Shown piece after piece: positions 1 to 10,480 of a stretch of 64,000 nucleotides of DNA. The notes below the pieces were generated by a model, which made no database searches, was not told where the DNA came from, and was given only the letters and a program-made list of their open reading frames with translations. Each line of letters opens with the position of its first letter. Positions within the stretch are counted from its first letter, which is position 1. The DNA comes from Amphiscolops sp. MND2022 (lineage: Eukaryota), in the NCBI GenBank assembly GCA_964187785.1, contig OZ076415.1:41602001-41666000 (forward strand), read 5' to 3'. Both the position numbers and the translations under genes were made by a program.

Positions 1-800
1 ATAAGGGAAGATGTCGAAACGCGGCCCCTCGAAGTCAATGTCCAATCGACAGGAGTGTTTGAAGAAGAGCAAGTGTCCTTTACCGAAAACGACAACGAAA
101 CAGAAAATTAGATTTGGCAAAGAAAAAACAAGCCAAAAACCCCATGGCTGATGAGACAGACCGTTTACAAAATGACGCCATATCACAGAATGTAGTGGAA
201 GAAACTAAACATTTCGCCCAACAAATAGGTTGAACCAATCAATTATTGCTGGAACAATCCAAAGATCCATATTTGTTTCAATTGGAAGCAAACATACAGA
301 GTGTAAGAATATTCTGAAGGAATTCTGCAGCAAGGTATTCGGTACAAACAGTCCCTAATATTTAGACCGAGTAGTCTGTGGAGACAATATCATTGAATAG
401 CAAAACTATGATGGAACCGGATAATATAAATACCATCAGATTCTACTAATCAATCATCTGTTGAAAGAGCTTTTGCAGGCCTTACTCGCGACGACACACA
501 AACACCCGGGCATATCTGAAAAGNNNNNNNNNNNNNNNNNNNNNNNNNNNNNNNNNNNNNNNNNNNNNNNNNNNNNNNNNNNNNNNNNNNNNNNNNNNNN
601 NNNNNNNNNNNNNNNNNNNNNNNNNNNNNNNNNNNNNNNNNNNNNNNNNNNNNNNNNNNNNNNNNNNNNNNNNNNNTTTGCACCACAATTCCAAAATCGT
701 GTACCACTTTGCATGACCTCGAAAAATCGCAAGACCGCAATGCACCTACTACTACCAAGAACAAAATGGTATCAGATTTACTACTAAAACTATGTCCAAG
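1..800 (+). mobile_element. Ty3/Gypsy pol remnant (RNase H-integrase linker and integrase Zn-finger region), degenerate, interrupted by an N gap
   Basis: Translates to EDVETRPLEVNVQSTGVFEEEQV.. and KELLQALLATTHKHPGISEK, homologous to the pol segment at ~48750-49300 (IEVNFQSSGITEEE.., DELLQALHGHNANHPGITKM); contains stops and frameshifts. Confidence 0.75.
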
Positions 801-2542
801 TAGCATGTGATTTTTTAAGTAGTAATACAGATCACAAATCTGAGAACCACTTTGCAATGCAAAAACTGTGAATACTCGGAACTCTCTGCGAAACGTATTG
901 AAATGAACTGAAATGAATAGTATTAGGTTCTGAGGAGGAATCAAATGCTAATCGGAAGGCGTACGTTTTTTTGTAGCCATAGGGAGGATTTTGTAGCCAT
1001 AGGGAGAGTTGACTCCGAGGGCTTGCACCTCTCGCACCCCCAGACAAAATGCATTCTCTCATAGCTTTTAAATAAAGTTACCAATCATTTGAATACAAAG
1101 TCTTTAGTCACATACTGGAAAAACTTCAACTCAATCTTGCATGTGAAATGTTGAGCATTACCCATTCTGAAGCTTGAAAAAGATTTGTTTGTCAAGATTC
1201 TGAATTGCCACTTTTGATTTAAAACTTGTAGAAATTTTTTAATTTGAATGAACATCAATTTGAAAAGTATGACCTTTGCTTTCAAGTTGTTTGTGAACCC
1301 ACAATTTATAATTCTGTTTTTTTAGGCAACAGATATACTTTAGAGAAATAGAGAAACCAACTAATTAAGAGCAAAAAAGTGAAATTGGGCGGATTCAAAT
1401 TTCCATGTTAGTTACTCGCATTGGCCGACTTCATTGTGCGTCGTAGCTTCAATTTTAGTCACAGCGCATACAAATATTGTGAAAATTTCGTTCAGTCCCG
1501 GCATGGTTCGTAAGCGGATTTCCAATTTCTTCGTTCAATTGAAATCATTTCAATTCAATTCAATTCCAATTTCTTCGTTCGCATTGTAAATCGCAAAAGG
1601 CAAACAGCAAACAATTCTTATGATGACCAAAATATGAGTAAGTAAGTATACCTTATGATAACATAATAGCTATTTACTTCGTAGGATTTGTGAAACTCAG
1701 TTCAGCTAAATGAATCAAATTCACAAGACAGAAACAAAAATAGTCTTACAAAAATTTGAAAATGAAATCCATTGTCATTTGTCAAGGAAATTGTCATTAA
1801 ATGAAATGTCATTGAATCTGTCATTAAATTAAATTATAAATTTGCCCTTATGTTGTTTGGTCTACATTCGATGCAGTTTATTGGCAAAAATTGTTCATTG
1901 GCAAATAGTATTTTTAAATTCTGCCATTATGTGGCCATCATTAAATTCTGCCATTAACTTCTACCATTATTAAATTGCCATTATACTTCTTTGCCATTAT
2001 ACTTCTATTACTCCTTATACGGTAAGAACATTTAAAGGGTTACTCCGGGGTTAAAAGTTTTAGGTAGTGTTGCTATTTTCTTCGAAAACTTATAGAATTA
2101 TCTGAACAAACTTATGAATTTTTGAAGAAATAAACTTAAAGAATTCGAAGAAAGTTATTAGGATTCCTATTTCGAATTTGTCCATTGAATTCAACTATCA
2201 TCAACGTCATAAGATGGGGGGATTTTAGGTTGAAAGGGGGTTCAAAGAAAATCTTGTGAAGAGGGGCCCAATAAGAGAGGTTGAAGATAAAAAAGGTATT
2301 ATTTATAATGATATATGATAAATTATTTTTAAACTTTATATGAATTATATGATTAAATTATATGAATATAATTTATATTATGTTTGAATGATAAATTATT
2401 TTTTATACTTAATATGAATTATATGATAATTATATTTAAATTAAATTGCTGCATTTGTTTTCATTTTCGAATTCAATACATGTTATATTTTATGTAAAAT
2501 GTAAGATAAATTGTTTTTCAAAATTATAATTCACAACAATTC

Positions 2543-2713
2543 TTCTAGAATATTCTAGAAGTGATAAATCATTTCTTTTCAGTTTATATTCTTTTCATTG
2601 TTCTAGAATATTCTAGAATATTTCTTCAATAAATAACAATTTGATTAGTCCCGTTCAAAATCCAGTTGAAGTTTCAGTTTAATTTCTTTTCATTGTTCTA
2701 GAATATTCTAGAA
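2543..2713. promoter_or_regulatory. Three perfect heat-shock-element-like palindromes TTCTAGAATATTCTAGAA
   Basis: Identical 18-bp palindromes at 2543-2560, 2601-2618 and 2696-2713, each TTCnnGAAnnTTCnnGAA (four inverted nGAAn units). Copies 2 and 3 lie in a ~95-bp tandem duplication. Confidence 0.5.
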
Positions 2714-2911
2714 TATTTCTTCAAAAAGTAACATTTTGATTAATCCGGTTTTCAAAGATGTTTTCTACTATCTTTTCTATTAGTTGTTGTTAATTCGTAT
2801 TTCGTAAACCGGTCACAAGTAAATTAAAACCTTGGAGAAATGTTTTTCATTTATAGGGGTACCTATTCTAACACGTACGTCAAACGTACCTAATAAATCG
2901 TGTGTGTAGTG

Positions 2912-2995
2912 AGTGCGCTGCATTAGTGAAAGACTTTCACTGAAAGTCTGTATTGACGTCATTAGTGCATTAGTGCTTCACTAATGCAGAGCACT
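2912..2995. repeat. Nested inverted-repeat (cruciform-capable) structure
   Basis: 19-bp arms 2912-2930 and 2977-2995 (1 mismatch) enclose the palindrome AGACTTTCA-C-TGAAAGTCT (2931-2949), which overlaps a second palindrome GTGAAAG-A-CTTTCAC (2926-2940). Confidence 0.8.
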
Positions 2996-3421
2996 TAATA
3001 CATGTACACTGTGCAGCTCACGTATTACACTTATTTCACGTATCACACAGTGTGATTCACACTCAAAGCAGACCAGTTGCAGCTCAAGTATTACTCATTA
3101 CGTATCGTGTATACATGTTTAAGACTGTGATTACTTTTGATCACAATAGCACATTCAAATCTTCTGCTGTTACCTGTTTCCCTTCTTTGGTTGGTTTGGT
3201 CATTGTTACCTTTACAAAAGTGTGCTATCTTCATCTTTGTAACTTCTTTGACAAAGGTTAGTTCTGAAAGTTGAGATTTATCTAAAGTACCTAAAGTTGA
3301 AAGAGAATAGTGTAAATCATGGAATCAAAACTGAATTGATATCAACTAGCAAAGCAATTCATGTATTTTGTGAATCATACAAATGGAGGGTGAACAGAAA
3401 GGTACAAAACACGATTAGGTA

Positions 3422-3718
3422 CCAAATAACATAAGAGCAAATAGCATAAAATCAAAATTAGGTTCAAATAACATAAAAATGAAATTAGTTTCGAATAACA
3501 TAAAAATAAAACCGAATACCCGGTTAAGTAATCGAACTCACGAAATTTTATTTGTATTTTTCATACTTTTTTGAGTGAATCTTTTGAATTGTGAATGCTT
3601 TTGACAGCTAAAACTTTCTTGCAAACAATTTTATTTTTATGTTTAGTCGAACTCATTCCATTTTTATGTTATTTGAAACTAATTTCGTTTTTATGTTATT
3701 TGCTCTTATGTTATTTGG
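3422..3718. mobile_element. Foldback/MITE-like element (~300 bp)
   Basis: Perfect 22-bp terminal inverted repeats CCAAATAACATAAGAGCAAATA (3422-3443 / 3697-3718) with internal AAATAACATAAAAA subrepeats on both arms; no clear TSD. Confidence 0.7.
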
Positions 3719-3769
3719 GAATTCACCCAAAACACTGCGAATCAAATCAAGTTTTCCATTTTACATTTT

Positions 3770-6700
3770 TCATCTCCGAAGAATCCCTATAGCTGCCTTG
3801 ATTTTATTATAAATTCGGTCGTAGCTCGCACTTCCTAACTTGAGACCATTTTCTTCAATTAACGCCTTCACATCTTTCAAACTTGGTGTTGAGGTTGCAT
3901 GATAAAAAAAATGGAGACATCTTTTCTCTTCTTCCGTCCAAGTCGCTTTACCGGTTTCCCTGAAGGACTGCAGCGACTCTATGAATGCATCTCGATTCTT
4001 GTTGACGGCTACTGTGGGGGAAATGGTCGAATTGAGAGAAGCACGATCTGCTTCTCGGGGCCGTTTAGGGGCAGGAGTTCCCTGAACTTCATCTGGTTCA
4101 GCAGCTCTGATGTCACCGCTGGGTTGCAGGGGTCGTTTGTTCAACAGCCGCTCTGCGACATCTTCTTTTCTTGGTTTTGCATGAGGAATTGCCATCGGCC
4201 ATGACTCGAAGTCGGAGTCCTCCTCATTGTCTGTGCTCTCACTGTCTTCACAGTTACTGTCAATATCTTCGTCCGATGGCCCTTCAACAAGATCTTTTTC
4301 GTATAGTTTGAGCAGTCCCAGTCGGTCTTCTTTCGACCCCTGTCTCCCTAAGTAGTTAACTTCGGCTGTCTGTTCTGAGTGAGCTGTCTGGGCGAAATGT
4401 GCCTTGGATACTCCTTCGGGTGCGCTTTTTTTCAGTGTCAGCCATCGACGCTCCCAATATTTGCGTATGCTGTTCGCGTTGTATCTTACTTCTTCTGCAT
4501 TTTCATTAAAAAATTTCGCGAAAGCTTCCTGAAGGTGTTTGGAAAATGATTTTTCTATTTTGTTCTTCGAAGAAGAAAATACATAAAACGGTGAAATTCC
4601 ATATTCCTTCTCAAATGTCAATTTCTGTTGTAACAAAAACTTCCGCTGATCCTTGTGGACGTACAAGGAGACCAAATAATATTTTCCAGTTTTATGCTTG
4701 TCAGTTTCCAGCGGTTCGTCAGTTTGGAATATGGTCTCACAATCAGCCCAACTCAGGTCAAGGATGGGCCCATTGCGGCAATTTAGACGTACTTGCATCA
4801 CAAAAAAATTTAGGGCTTGTTGATCCTTGTAAGATAAATTGTCTTCTTCTAAATTTCGGCTCAACAGTTTCATAACTGCTCTTAGTCGATTATTTATCAG
4901 GTCATGTGAAGGCACTTTTGATCTCATTTGATTGGCAACTACTCTATAGGCCCGGGTGGCGGCATCGGCGAACGCTTTCTTTACTTCATCGATGGCAGCA
5001 GTCATGACTTTCAAATTAAGATAGGTCGAAACCTCTTCTTCGTGCAGCGAACAGTACTCCACAAATTTTTTGAATGATGCTAAATATACAAGAATTGTCT
5101 GGGGCTGCAGTCCTCGCCTTTCTTTTATTCTCTTAACTGCATCTAAGAGCAATGTTGGTTTCCGTAATCCATGCGTTTCGCTGAACAGAATCGCGAGCAG
5201 CTGGATCATTCCCATTCTTGACATGTTGCTTTTGGTCTGCTCATTGACGCCCCCAACATCGAGCAAGCTTTTTTGACGCTGGACAAAACGTGTCGCCACG
5301 TCCACGTCGCTTGTACGGGCGATTATGCCGTTGCGAATCTTTGCCCGCACAGCTTCAGGAAGGGAACTAAAATAATCAAATCATTTTTTATAATAATTTC
5401 ATCATAACAAATTATTCGAAAAGTATAATTGGGTATTTTGAATTAGGTCTCACAACAAAAAACTTGCATTGGGCCGGATTCGAACCATCAGTCAACAGCT
5501 CCCAAGGCTTGTCATCTACCAACTAAGCTATTGCTCCTCATTAGTGGTCGAAATTCGTTTATTAATAAATTCCATCCTCAGACTTGACCTTTGTTAGTTG
5601 TTAATTTTGTTTAAGAAGATTGTTTTGAATAATGTTTCGATAATTTTTTTTCAAATAAAACCAAAATGAAACTAACCTAAACTTGAATAATGTTTCGATA
5701 ATTTTTTTTCAAATAAAACCAAAATGAAACTAACCGCCTGCTCTGATAATTTTCAACTCTGGAAAGATTTCCACCCGGGCATTTATTTTGAGCCTTGTGC
5801 CTGGCGACGCATGCAAACCTCCTCTTGCAATCATGGCAGTCAAAAATTTTTGCCTTCATGGCATTTTTCGTTCTTTCGAAATCAAGGAGCCATTGTATAT
5901 CCCCCGGTGATAAAACGTCGCAGTGCTGCGACTTGTAATGCTTGTCAAGTCGCTTGACTTCCCGATGGCAAACGAGGCAATCTGATATTTCCTTCGATTT
6001 CACCCTCTTCTCGAAGGTTTTGGTCGACTCTCCGCTATGGCTTTCCTCGTCCGAAATCTGCGAATTCTGCGGAGGCATCAAGGGGGCTTCCAATTGTCTT
6101 TCCTTGTCCAAATTCTGCGAATTCTGCGGAGACATCAAGGGGGCTTCCAATTGTCTTTCCTCATCTTCTATTTCGCTCTGCTCATCCGAGAGGGCCTCAT
6201 TTTGGATGACCGATGGTGGACTGAATAAATCAAGTTATTATTCATAAATATTTTTAAGTTATATTTTTATAATTTTAGTGTATATTTATTTTACACTCCA
6301 AAATTTTCATTCCATTTTGCAGTCCCAAAAATGCTACTTGTCCTGAGATTTACTAAACCTTAACTGCTAATCGGCATGGCGTTTTGTAGTTTGTAGTAGC
6401 ATTCGAAGAAGACAGAAATTATAAAACCAACCTTTCTGATTTTCGATTCAAAGCTGCTTCCCGTTCCTTCCTGATAATTTCTTCGACCGTTTTATTCACA
6501 CAATCGTCGCATCGGCAAGTATCTCCGAAGTAATTTTTGCCGTAATCAACCAAAATTTCTTCGCCGCTTTTTATTTCTGTAAGGGTCTTAACTTTGACGA
6601 TTGTGGACGATTTTTCTCCGGTGCAATTGTATGTGGCATTTGGCTGGCAGCTGTGGTTCGCAAACGAAGTAGGACCCAACATAATTCTCTCGTCCTTCTG

Positions 6701-7699
6701 AATTAAGGTTTTCCCAAATAAAGACCAATTATTTGTTTCATTTATAATTGTTTTTGGGACTCGTGCTAGGTAACTATCCAATCCTTCAATTTCGACTCCT
6801 TTTGGAATCTTGCAAACCGCAAAGACACCAAATTCTGAGTGATTATGTTCCCCGTAACTTGTTACTAGCTTGTATTCGACAAACTGCAGCGATAACTCGT
6901 ACGATCGAGCAACTTTAGGTAGAAGTTTCGATATCTTTGGGTCAGAGATAATTGAGTAGAAATTTTGATGTTGAAGAAACTTGTGACTTTTTATACGTTG
7001 GCAGTCAATGTATCTGGCAGTCAGTTCCGCATCAACAAATGCCAAAATCTCAAATTCCTCAAACCCTTTATTTTGCTTTTCTTCGATATCCTCAATTTGA
7101 TCACTGTTTGAGGGGTTGTCTTCTTGATTAACTTCGATTTCCTCATGGTCCTGTTCAATTTCAATTTGATCACTGTTTGAGGGGTTGTCTTCATGATTAA
7201 CTTCGATTTCTTCATGGTCCTGTTCAATTTCAATTTGATCACTGTTTGGGGGGTTGTCTTCTTGATTAACTTCAATTTCCTCATGGTCCTGTTCAATTTC
7301 AATTTGATCACTGTTTGGGGGGTTGTCTTCTTGATTAACTTCGATTTCCTCATGGTCCTGTTCAATTTCAATTTGATCACTGTTTGTGGGGTTGTCTTCA
7401 TGATTAACTTCGATTTCTTCATTTGGTGGTACTTCGATTTCAACTTCGATTCGCACTTCATCGACCATTTGATCCCTCTGCTCCTCTTCTTCATGGGCTT
7501 TCGTTTGCTTCTTCACAGGTTGCTTCTTCACAGGTTACTTTTTTTCTGGTTGCTTTCTCACTGGTTGCTTTCTCACTGGTTGCTTTCTCACTGGTTGCTT
7601 TCTAACTGGTCGCGAGGGGGGAGATTCGCTGGTGGTTTCTACAACAGGTCGTTTCCGCAAGCTGAGAGTCGAGGCTTTATTATTTCGTGTTACTGGCAT
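3770..7699 (-). CDS. SET (Suv4-20-like) - zinc finger - tyrosine recombinase fusion gene 1 (3 exons, ~1116 codons, one in-frame TAA)
   Basis: Exons 7699-6432, 6220-5735 and 5366-3770 are joined by GT-AG introns that keep frame (total 3351 nt). SET: MLGPTSFANHSCQPN..GEEILVDYG..CRCDDC. Zn fingers: CLVC..HYKSQH and CHDC..H..C. YR motifs: RLNCRNG, HKTG, NSIRK, AHSEQTAEVNY. An in-frame TAA at 7537-7535 falls inside the KQPV(R/K) repeat, probably from CAA. Confidence 0.85.
5466..5537 (-). ncRNA. tRNA-like Pol III unit (pseudo-tRNA or SINE head; loop CTTGGGA, TGG anticodon-like) inside intron 2 of SET-YR gene 1
   Basis: A box TAGCTTAGTTGG, B box GGTTCGAATCC and a T6 terminator just downstream; the acceptor stem pairs poorly. 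Confidence 0.55.
7095..7430 (-). repeat. Coding minisatellite, 69 bp (23 aa EEIEVNQEDNPPNSDQIEIEQDH) x ~5, in SET-YR gene 1
   Basis: TCACTGTTTG anchor at 7101, 7170, 7239, 7308 and 7377. A 15-bp KQPV(R/K) repeat also occurs at ~7500-7615, and a 57-bp duplication at ~6050-6165. Confidence 0.95.
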
Positions 7700-7937
7700 T
7701 ATGAACTGACTGAACTGATTAGTAGAACAAATAGTAGTTGAACTGATTGTGAATATAGTTTCGTGATGAATGAAACGTTTCACTTTTAGTTTTTTAAAAA
7801 GAGAATTGAGGCATCTAGGAGGTGTTGAGAGAGAGGTGTTAATTCTAAATGAGTGAAAATGAGTCTAACAGGTGAAAGACATCTAAACCTTTGATAATTT
7901 TCTGAGGTAATGTGAGGAAAGAAAAATAAGCAGCCAA

Positions 7938-7999
7938 CCCCATCCCCCCACCTCAACCCATCACCCCAACCCATCAGCCCAACCCATCACCCCAACCCC
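7938..7999 (-). promoter_or_regulatory. G-rich ~14-bp repeat tract (potential G-quadruplex) ~240 bp upstream of the gene 1 ATG
   Basis: + strand CCCCATCCCCCCACCTCAACCCATCACCCCAACCCATCAGCCCAACCCATCACCCCAACCCC gives more than 8 G-runs on the gene's sense strand. Confidence 0.45.
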
Positions 8000-8454
8000 T
8001 CTCCATGATTGTTTATTAAAAGTCTAGTTAAAAGTTCAGTAGAGGAAGTTTATTTTTAGAGTTTAATTTTTTTAAATTTTAGAGTTTTAATTAGTTTAAA
8101 AAGCAGAAATAAATGAATTATTGATTAAGATGAAAATCAAAATATCTTAGATAAATCAAAATTTTTTAGAGTTTTAATTATTTTAATTAGTTTAAAAGGT
8201 AAAAATTAATGAATTATTGATAAAATCATAATGAGGACACTTTTCAAGAAGTAAATTACCTTGTGACAATTTTATGCAGAAAAATCAAACATGACCATTG
8301 GTTATTCATCAGAATAAGAATTAAAGTATGATATAAATTAAATTAAAGTACCGAGGAAACTTCGATCAAATAGATTTAAATAAAATTGAAGTACGAATGA
8401 AACTTCGATCGAAGTTGATCAAATATATAAACAACTGAAATCGAAATGATAACG

Positions 8455-8535
8455 GGGACGGTGGTTCAGTGGTTAAGTGGGCTGGTTGTTCGGGCTTGTT
8501 CATCGCGAACCGGGGGTTCGAATCCCAGACTGGGC
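8455..8535 (+). ncRNA. tRNA-like Pol III unit (degenerate, long variable arm)
   Basis: A box TGGTTCAGTGG, B box GGTTCGAATCC and a T5 run ~20 nt downstream; acceptor and anticodon stems are imperfect. Confidence 0.5.
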
Positions 8536-9333
8536 GGAATTGGGATGCGAATTTTTATTGCTGTTTTGATCTTTTAAGTGTTTGACTGGAAACACACTTT
8601 TGACTGGAAACACTGAGTCACTGTCCTTTTTTTGAGGAAACAAGGGAGGGAGGAGAGTCACAGTACTAAAATAATATAAATAATCTAATAATAATCTAAG
8701 GACCAGATTTCTTTGCCCCCCCCCCTTTCAAAAACAAATTAATAACTAGTTAATTATTCACAAAGTAAGGTCTTATCTTTTTAAAAAATGCATTGAAAAC
8801 CTCAAAGCAAGCGTTTTTCCTTCCCCGCATTTTACGGAACGTTTTCTTTTGTCATCGGCGGTTTTATCAAAAAGCTATAAAAGAACAAGTGTTTTAATAG
8901 AAGTTAGTATTTTAATTCGACAAAGTTTGAGTATAGTTTTTTTTCTGGAATATTTTTTCAAGAATAAAATATGCTTTCAAGTTGGGGGCAGGGTTGTAAA
9001 AAAATATGTTTATAAATAAATATAAATATATATTTTTTTAAATAAATGTATTTACATTTCGCCTCTAAATAAACTGCAAAATTTGCAAAGTCAAATATTT
9101 CTTCAGAAGATATTGCTTTTTTGATGTTCTTTGAAAAAACACGAAAAGTTCTGAATATCTGAATTATTCGTTACTATTGCGCTTTCTTATTGGCCGAGAA
9201 TTCAACCAATTAGGCATCTGAATCAAAAGTACAAAGTTTCACACTTTTGAATGATGATTTAAGTTGATTCAAATATTATTTAATTTCACAGTATTATATA
9301 ATTATTATATAACAAATATCATTTTAAAATAAT

Positions 9334-9476
9334 TTTAAAAAGTGTGGGGGGAAAGGAAAAAGTTCCGTTACTATAATCAATTGCATAAACAACATTTTGA
9401 AAAGTGTGGGGGGAGGACAAAGTTCCGTTACTATAATTAATTGCAAAAACAACAATTTACCCCCACACTTTTTAAA
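9334..9476. repeat. Small inverted-repeat element with an internal ~60-bp tandem duplication
   Basis: 17-bp perfect IR TTTAAAAAGTGTGGGGG / CCCCCACACTTTTTAAA; internal AAAAGTGTGGGGG..AAAAGTTCCGTTACTATAAT.AATTGCA.AAACAACA occurs twice. Confidence 0.7.
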
Positions 9477-9599
9477 GATGACCTTACTGTATATAATCTG
9501 TAGATATCAATTTTAATCCAAAATAATATTGCATTATTTTAAAAAGCTCTTATTGCAACATTTCATGAAAATTTGTCTGGGATAAAATTGAATTCTAAT

Positions 9600-9681
9600 T
9601 GAGCTATATACCCTCTAGATATGATCAATCTCAGTTTATATACAAACTCAGATTGATCATATCTAGAGGGTATATAGCTCA
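9600..9681. repeat. Long hairpin: perfect 32-bp inverted repeat plus a 5-bp inner stem
   Basis: TGAGCTATATACCCTCTAGATATGATCAATCT (9600-9631) is the exact reverse complement of 9650-9681; the spacer is CAGTTT-ATATAC-AAACTC. Confidence 0.95.
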
Positions 9682-9740
9682 GTGGTATAGCATTCGGCTG
9701 CAGCTCAAGCGGTCACTGGTTAGAACCCGGGTGCAACCTA
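9668..9740 (+). tRNA. tRNA-Cys(GCA)-derived pseudogene
   Basis: GGGTATATAGCTCAGTGGTATAGCATTCGGCTGCAGCTCAAGCGGTCACTGGTTAGAACCCGGGTGCAACCTA aligns with the eukaryotic tRNA-Cys consensus (CTGCAG loop). The T-loop (TTAGAAC) and acceptor stem carry mismatches; a T6 terminator follows. Confidence 0.65.
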
Positions 9741-9893
9741 ACTTTTTTCATTTGATATTCTCCCAAGAGATTTTTGTATTATTCGAATTTGAAGCTTGTT
9801 TTGAAACTAAAACGGGTACACAACTGCTTTTAAAAAACGGATGCAGAGTGGTCAACTAATTTTTTCACGAGGTTCCAGGTGTCAAGATGCAAG

Positions 9894-10103
9894 ATGAGAC
9901 CCAAAAACTCGAGGCCAACAAAACTTTATAGTAGATGTATTATTTGTTTAGAGGACTTTAGATCAGTAGAATTACAGAGCTTTCATAGAAAACATTCCTT
10001 ACATTTAGCATGTAGAGACTGTTTAGATTCCCTTTTTGTATATTCAGATGTATTTAAATGTCCATTATGTAGAATACCTGTAGATAACATTGTATATTCT
10101 TAG
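9894..10103 (+). CDS. Small RING-finger protein (69 aa; possibly a 3' exon, acceptor ttccag at 9878)
   Basis: CIIC-x-(H..H)LACRDC-x-CPLCR pattern typical of C3HC4-type RING fingers; AT-rich codons. Confidence 0.65.
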   Translation: MRPKNSRPTKLYSRCIICLEDFRSVELQSFHRKHSLHLACRDCLDSLFVYSDVFKCPLCRIPVDNIVYS

Positions 10104-10144
10104 TTTTGTAAATTTTGTAGTTTATTTTATTAGTTAATTTACGG

Positions 10145-10480
10145 ACAGGGGTGTTAAAAGTCTCCCTTTTTTGTTATTTAAATCAACATTAGGTCATTAC
10201 TGCCATTTAGTCCATTCACCCATCTGGGTTCAATCTTTCAGTGCATTTCTTTTTGGTTCATTGGATTTTGCATGTGGTGTTAAAAGTCTCCCTTTTTTGT
10301 TATTTAAATCAATATTAAGTCATTACTGCCATTTAGTCCATTCACCCATCTGGTTTCAATCTTTCAGTGCATTTCTTTTTGGTTCATTTTGTCATTTGGT
10401 TCATTTTTGGTTCGTCATTTTGGTTTGTCATTTTGGTTCATTTTGTCATTTGACTAAACGATAATTTTTAACACCCCTGT
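10145..10480. mobile_element. hAT-like MITE (~335 bp)
   Basis: Perfect 15-bp TIR ACAGGGGTGTTAAAA / TTTTAACACCCCTGT; internal ~125-bp tandem duplication and TTTGGTTCATT subrepeats; no 8-bp TSD visible. Confidence 0.7.

Noticed and set aside
450-944. ORFs spanning N gaps (also 18269-18637 and 29650-30027)
   Set aside because: They are open only because the unknown bases hide stops.
1372-1450. Fourth tRNA-like unit (GGGCGGATTCAAA resembling 5471-5485)
   Set aside because: Only a partial B-box-like match; there is no A box or cloverleaf.
1770-2450. GTCATTAAAT / GCCATTAT / ATGAATTATAT degenerate repeats as a structured system
   Set aside because: Irregular low-complexity AT-rich repeats with no constant period or coding signal.
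7021-7741. Long alternative-frame and antisense ORFs over the coding minisatellites (also 15370-15942, 13587-13793, 31418-31957)
   Set aside because: They are shadows of in-frame tandem repeats in the real genes and contain no independent domain.
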